Shown piece after piece: positions 59,808 to 64,000 of a stretch of 64,000 nucleotides of DNA. This DNA is from Nannocystis bainbridge (GTDB lineage: Bacteria; Myxococcota_A; Polyangia; Nannocystales; Nannocystaceae). How positions within the stretch are numbered: the first letter of the stretch is position 1; each line of letters begins with the position of its first letter. Location of the stretch: contig NZ_JAQNDL010000001.1 in NCBI RefSeq assembly GCF_028368995.1, forward strand, positions 3,424,001 to 3,488,000. The letters are read 5' to 3'. Under the pieces are notes generated by a model, which searched no databases, had not been told where the DNA came from, and saw only the letters and a list, made by a program, of their open reading frames with translations. The translations under genes were made by a program, and so were the position numbers.

Positions 59808-61010
59808 TTATCCGTGGCCGAGCGCGACGTCGACGGCGTCGAGCACGAACGGTACCTCGTCGGTGTGGTTGGGCCAGTGCGGGGCGAACCGCAGCAGGCC
59901 GTCGGGGGTGGAGCAGGCGACGCCGCGGTCGGCGAGCTCGCGCTGGAGCCCGAGCACGTCGCCGGGGTTGGGCGGCAGCACGCTGAGGATGCACGAGCGG
60001 GCCGCCGGGTCGCGCGAGCGCAGGCTGACGAACCCGCGGGCGATGAGGCCCGCCTCGAGCAGGTCGAGGTAGGCCTGCACGTGGGTCCACACCGCCTCCG
60101 GCCCGAGCTGGGCCAGCAGGCCGATCGCGGCCTCGAGCGCGGCGCAGCCGACGGTGTTGCCGGCGCCGCCCTCGATGAAGTCGGCGGTGCGGCGGATCGG
60201 TCGGTCGTAACGCAGGTGACCTGCCCCTTCCATCAGGAACCGAAGGCCATCCTCGTGGCTCAACCAGCCGGCGACGCGCGGCCGCAGTTCGCCCAGCCGC
60301 TCGGGGCGGACGTAGAGGAAGCCGAGGCCCTCGCAGCCCATCAGCCACTTGTGGCCGCCGACGCTGAGGTAGTCGATGCGGGCCTCGCGGACGTCGAGCG
60401 GGACGGCCCCGACGGCCTGGATGCCGTCGACGAACAGCTCGGCGCCGGCGGCGTGGCACAGGTCGGCCATGGCCGCGAGCGGCATGCGCAGGCCGCTCTG
60501 GAACTGCACCGCCGACACGGCGACCAGGCGGACCCCGCCGGCCGCGAGGGCCGCCTGCAGGGCCGCCAGGCCCTCGGCCGGCGAGCGCACGAAGTCGGCC
60601 AGCGGCAGCATCTCGACCGACAGGCCGAACAGCTCGGACGCCTGCTGCCACGGGGTGACGTTGGCCGGGAACTCGCCCTGGAACAGCAGCACCCGCTCAC
60701 CTGGCTTCCAGGACATGCACAAAGCGACATCCGTGACGCCGCGGGTGGTGTTGGTGATGAGGGCGATGTCGGTCGTCTCGGCGCCGATGAACCCGGCGAT
60801 CGCGGCGCGCAGGCGGGCCCGCTGCTGAATCCACGTGGGGATCACGCCGGCGCCGCGGCGGGCGTAGTCGTTGGCGACCGCGGCCGTCGCGGCCTGGACC
60901 GGCGCCGACCAGGGCGACACCGCGGCATGGTTGAGGTACGCCCGCGGCTGGAGGTCGGGGAACAGGCTGCGGTCGCCGAGGCGCGCAATGGGCAGAGTCG
61001 GAGTCGTCAA
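59808..61010 (-). CDS. Class V PLP-dependent enzyme (cysteine desulfurase/C-S lyase-like)
   Basis: YLNHAA, NTT.G, EFPAN, VDGIQ and GGHKWL motifs. Start uncertain. Confidence 0.9.
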   Translation of the reverse strand: MTTPTLPIARLGDRSLFPDLQPRAYLNHAAVSPWSAPVQAATAAVANDYARRGAGVIPTWIQQRARLRAAIAGFIGAETTDIALITNTTRGVTDVALCMSWKPGERVLLFQGEFPANVTPWQQASELFGLSVEMLPLADFVRSPAEGLAALQAALAAGGVRLVAVSAVQFQSGLRMPLAAMADLCHAAGAELFVDGIQAVGAVPLDVREARIDYLSVGGHKWLMGCEGLGFLYVRPERLGELRPRVAGWLSHEDGLRFLMEGAGHLRYDRPIRRTADFIEGGAGNTVGCAALEAAIGLLAQLGPEAVWTHVQAYLDLLEAGLIARGFVSLRSRDPAARSCILSVLPPNPGDVLGLQRELADRGVACSTPDGLLRFAPHWPNHTDEVPFVLDAVDVALGHG

Positions 61011-61229
61011 GGGCCGGCTGACGGTAGCAGACGCCCGCAGCCGTGGCGACCCCGGGAAAACGCCCGGGCGCGGAGGCCAGGGGCCGCGAGCGACAGGTCG
61101 CCGGCTCGCCGCTGCCGGCACGGGCGGTCACGAGCGGCCAGGCGTCTCGGACCTGCCCGGAGAGACAGATCGGCGGCTCGCCGCGCCCGGGGCCGTCGCC
61201 CCCGGGCCTGCCGCCCCTCGCGTGCGCGC

Positions 61230-62048
61230 TCAATCGTCGTCGTCGTCGTCGTGATGGTGCCCGTGCTTATGCTTGTGGTGCTTGTGCTTGTGGTGCTTGG
61301 GCTTGTGGTGCTTGCAGTGGCCGGGCGGCCAGCAGCCGCCGTGGTGGACGTCGATGACGACCGTCGGCGCCTCCCACACGACCACGCCGACGTAGACCGG
61401 GCGCGGCGCGTACAGCCAGCCGTAGAAGCCGCCGCCGCCGGTGACGACGACGACGTCGTTCTTGACCACGATCGGCGCGGTGTAGTCGTACACGATCGTC
61501 TGGTAGCCGATCACCACCGGCGCGTAGGTGGCCTTGACGATCAGCACGTTGGTGGTCTTGTCGGCCGTGAAGTTGACGTAGCCGACGATGACGAAGTTGT
61601 CCTTGTCCTTCTTGGACGAGGGCAGCGCGTGCAGCTCGAACACGATCGTGTCGCCCTGCTTGACCTCGACGATCTGGATCTTGTCGAGCTTGCCGTCGCC
61701 GTCGATGTCGATGCTGTGCAGCTTCTCTTTCGGGCTGTTGAGCTTCTTCTCGAGCGCGTCGGCGTCCTTGACCTTGCCCTTCTTGATCAAGTACGTGACC
61801 GTCTCGAGATCGAGCGCCTCGGGCTTGAGCGTGGCCGCGACGTCGGCCTGGGCCACGACCTTGGCGTCACCGTCGCCGGCCGGCGCGGCCTGGACGGCGA
61901 CCACCGCCTCGCCGCCGGCCGGGGTTGCGACCGCGACGGCGGCCTCGGCCTCGGCCTCGGCCTCGGCCGCTCGCTGGTTGGCGATGATGGCGGCGTCACA
62001 GCCGGCGAGCGCGACGAGGAGCGAGAGGGACAGGAGCGATTTGTGCAC
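61230..62048 (-). CDS. Lipoprotein with EF-hand-like loop and His/Lys-rich tail
   Basis: Lipobox LAGC, DIDGDGKLD, C-terminal HHKPKHHKHKHHKHKHGHHHDDDDDD. Confidence 0.8.
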   Translation of the reverse strand: MHKSLLSLSLLVALAGCDAAIIANQRAAEAEAEAEAAVAVATPAGGEAVVAVQAAPAGDGDAKVVAQADVAATLKPEALDLETVTYLIKKGKVKDADALEKKLNSPKEKLHSIDIDGDGKLDKIQIVEVKQGDTIVFELHALPSSKKDKDNFVIVGYVNFTADKTTNVLIVKATYAPVVIGYQTIVYDYTAPIVVKNDVVVVTGGGGFYGWLYAPRPVYVGVVVWEAPTVVIDVHHGGCWPPGHCKHHKPKHHKHKHHKHKHGHHHDDDDDD

Positions 62049-62227
62049 GGTCGACCTCGGAGAGGGCTGCATTCGCGCCTTGGACCGACCCGCGGCGCGA
62101 AGTTCCAGGACTATCGGATCGAGGGGACTCCTGGGTCAACCCCGCGCGGAATCCCCGCCGGAACCGCGTGACCTCACGGTGCGACGAGGTCGGACAGACG
62201 GCGACAGACCCGGCCGCGCGGACGAGG

Positions 62228-62554
62228 TTACCTTTGAATCATGTCCTCGGAGACAGGTACTTTAGGACATGACCCAAAGCGCTCGTCGAATTCGGCCCGC
62301 AGGCGCGCGGCCGCAGCCGACGGATCGGGGCACGGGCCGACGCTGGTGCGGCACAGCCACGGCGCCGCGGGGTGCCTCTCGTTCAGCTCGGCGGCGAGGC
62401 CGGCGACGTCGGCGGCGCCCGCGTAGACGACCATCGCGCTCTTGCCTCGCGGGTAGCGGACGAGGCCCTCGCGCAGGCGGACCTGCAGCACACCCGCGGC
62501 GGGCGGCAGGCGAGCCGCGGCCTCGGACAGCGGGACCCAGGGGCCGAACTTCAT
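62228..62554 (-). CDS. Small hypothetical protein, degenerate GIY-YIG-like
   Basis: LP..AGV.Q.R ... VVYAG and F..RFG..P pattern. Confidence 0.6.
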   Translation of the reverse strand: MKFGPWVPLSEAAARLPPAAGVLQVRLREGLVRYPRGKSAMVVYAGAADVAGLAAELNERHPAAPWLCRTSVGPCPDPSAAAARLRAEFDERFGSCPKVPVSEDMIQR

Positions 62555-62672
62555 CGCGCCCCAGGATAGCGGAGTGCCGCACCTCGCGAAGCGCCGCAGA
62601 GTGACTGAACCGCGGGCGCTGGGGTCAGGCGGGGGCTTGCCGACAGTCGCGCCCCGGCCTTACGGTGGCGAC

Positions 62673-64000
62673 ATGTCCTGGCGCGCTCCTGGTCTGTTCT
62701 CGGTCTCGCTCCTCCTCGCGGCCTGCGGCGACGCTGGCGGCGCCACGCAGGGCGGCAGCGGCAGCGACGGCGACACCAGCGGCGACGCCGGCAGCACGAC
62801 CGCGGGCGCCGGCTCGGGCGGCGCGACCGAAGCCACGAGCACCGGCAGCAGCGGCACCGCACCCGCGCCGACCACCACTGGCGACACCAGCAGCGGCGAC
62901 CCCGGCACCACCGGCATGACCACCGGCGATCCCGGCTTCGGCCCCGGCCCGTGGGACCACGGCTTCTACATCCCCGAGGAGCCGCAGAAAGACGGCGACC
63001 CCGCGCTCGGCTACGAGGCCCTGCTCACCAGGGGCTACGTGTCCTGCGGCATCCCGTGGGGCCTCTGGCCGCTGGTCAAGCCGATCATCGGAACCTGGGC
63101 CGAGCGACCGCCGCTGCCCGGGCGCACCGGCAAGAACGCCGAGGTCCCCTACCACTGGAACGTCCACGCCAAGAACGGCGCCGACATCGTCAGCCAGAAC
63201 TGCCTGCAGTGCCACGCCGGCTCGTTCAACGGCCAGCTGATCGTCGGCCTCGGCACCGCCGACTTCGACTTCACCGACGACATCAGCCAGCTGCTGAAGA
63301 ACGTGTGGATCCCCGACATCCCGCTCCCCGGCCTCGAGGAGTTCACCCGCTTCCTCAACCGCACCAAGGCGCTCGGGCCCGCGACCCTCATGCACACCGT
63401 CGGCACCAACCCGGCCGAGATCATCGCCGTGACTCTGGTCGCGCACCGCGATCGCCACACCCTCGAGTGGTACGACGAGCTGCAGTACGAGCTGCCGAAC
63501 ATGGTCGTCGCCTCCGACCCGCCGCCGTGGTGGCGGGCCAAGAAGAAGCACGCGCTGTTCTACAACGGCATGGCGCGCGGCGATCACCGCGGCACGATGA
63601 TGCTGGCCTCGGCGCTGTGCACTGATTCGGTCGCCGAGGCCGAGCAGATCGACAGCTACTTCCACCACATCCAGGCCTTCATCCGCTCGGTGCAGGCGCC
63701 GAAGTACCCGCTGGCGATCGACGCCGCGCTGGCGAGCCAGGGCGAGGGCCTGTTCCTCGCCAACTGCGCCGGCTGCCACGGCACCTACGCCGCCGACGAC
63801 GCGCAGGACACCTACCCCAACCTGCTCTTCCCGCTCGACGTCGTCGGCACCGACCCGGTGGTCGCCGAGGCCGGCACCGAGTACGCGCCCTACCTGGTCG
63901 ATTGGTACAACGAGAGCTGGTTCGGCAAGATCACCCGCATGGAGCCCGGCCAGCCGTTCCCCGGCTACATGGCGCCGCCGCTCGACGGCGTGTGGGCGAC
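62673..64000 (+). CDS. Diheme cytochrome c lipoprotein (RoxA/MauG-like), runs off the 3' end
   Basis: MSWRAPGLFSVSLLLAAC lipobox; CLQCH (63201), CAGCH (63765), VVGTDP and GYMAPPLDGVWA in one frame. Not in the ORF track because it has no stop in the window. Confidence 0.88.
   Translation, partial: MSWRAPGLFSVSLLLAACGDAGGATQGGSGSDGDTSGDAGSTTAGAGSGGATEATSTGSSGTAPAPTTTGDTSSGDPGTTGMTTGDPGFGPGPWDHGFYIPEEPQKDGDPALGYEALLTRGYVSCGIPWGLWPLVKPIIGTWAERPPLPGRTGKNAEVPYHWNVHAKNGADIVSQNCLQCHAGSFNGQLIVGLGTADFDFTDDISQLLKNVWIPDIPLPGLEEFTRFLNRTKALGPATLMHTVGTNPAEIIAVTLVAHRDRHTLEWYDELQYELPNMVVASDPPPWWRAKKKHALFYNGMARGDHRGTMMLASALCTDSVAEAEQIDSYFHHIQAFIRSVQAPKYPLAIDAALASQGEGLFLANCAGCHGTYAADDAQDTYPNLLFPLDVVGTDPVVAEAGTEYAPYLVDWYNESWFGKITRMEPGQPFPGYMAPPLDGVWA

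Overview
Very GC-rich window that looks myxobacterial, probably Nannocystis-like. This is inferred from Cys-rich repeat lipoproteins, an oar-mlpA-like pair and RoxA/MauG-like dihemes. It holds about 50 CDSs. Main blocks in order: hybrid sensor kinase; ABC-type ATPase + TOPRIM-like pair (defence-like); His-rich metal-handling cluster; orphan vgrG locus with a divergent adaptor/LysM/lipase operon; hmuR-hmuY-hemS heme-uptake operon with Fur boxes; TetR/DUF2306 pair with twin operators; tandem Cys-rich lipoproteins; proBA; oar-mlpA; gshB-like; dps; serA; and a three-gene enzyme operon. I recognised no rRNA, tRNA, CRISPR array or transposase. Two features are not explained by ordinary annotation. 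(1) At 44.4-50.1 kb, four paralogous secreted 8-Cys proteins sit in tandem. Three have conserved long leaders and are each followed by a covarying RNA hairpin, whose conserved GGGAGGG loop is complementary to the bases just before the paralogs' start codons. (2) A GACATGTC-type palindrome recurs in a 14-bp register in at least 15 clusters, including inside coding sequences. All calls come from reading motifs by eye; no database searches were run, and many start codons are best estimates.
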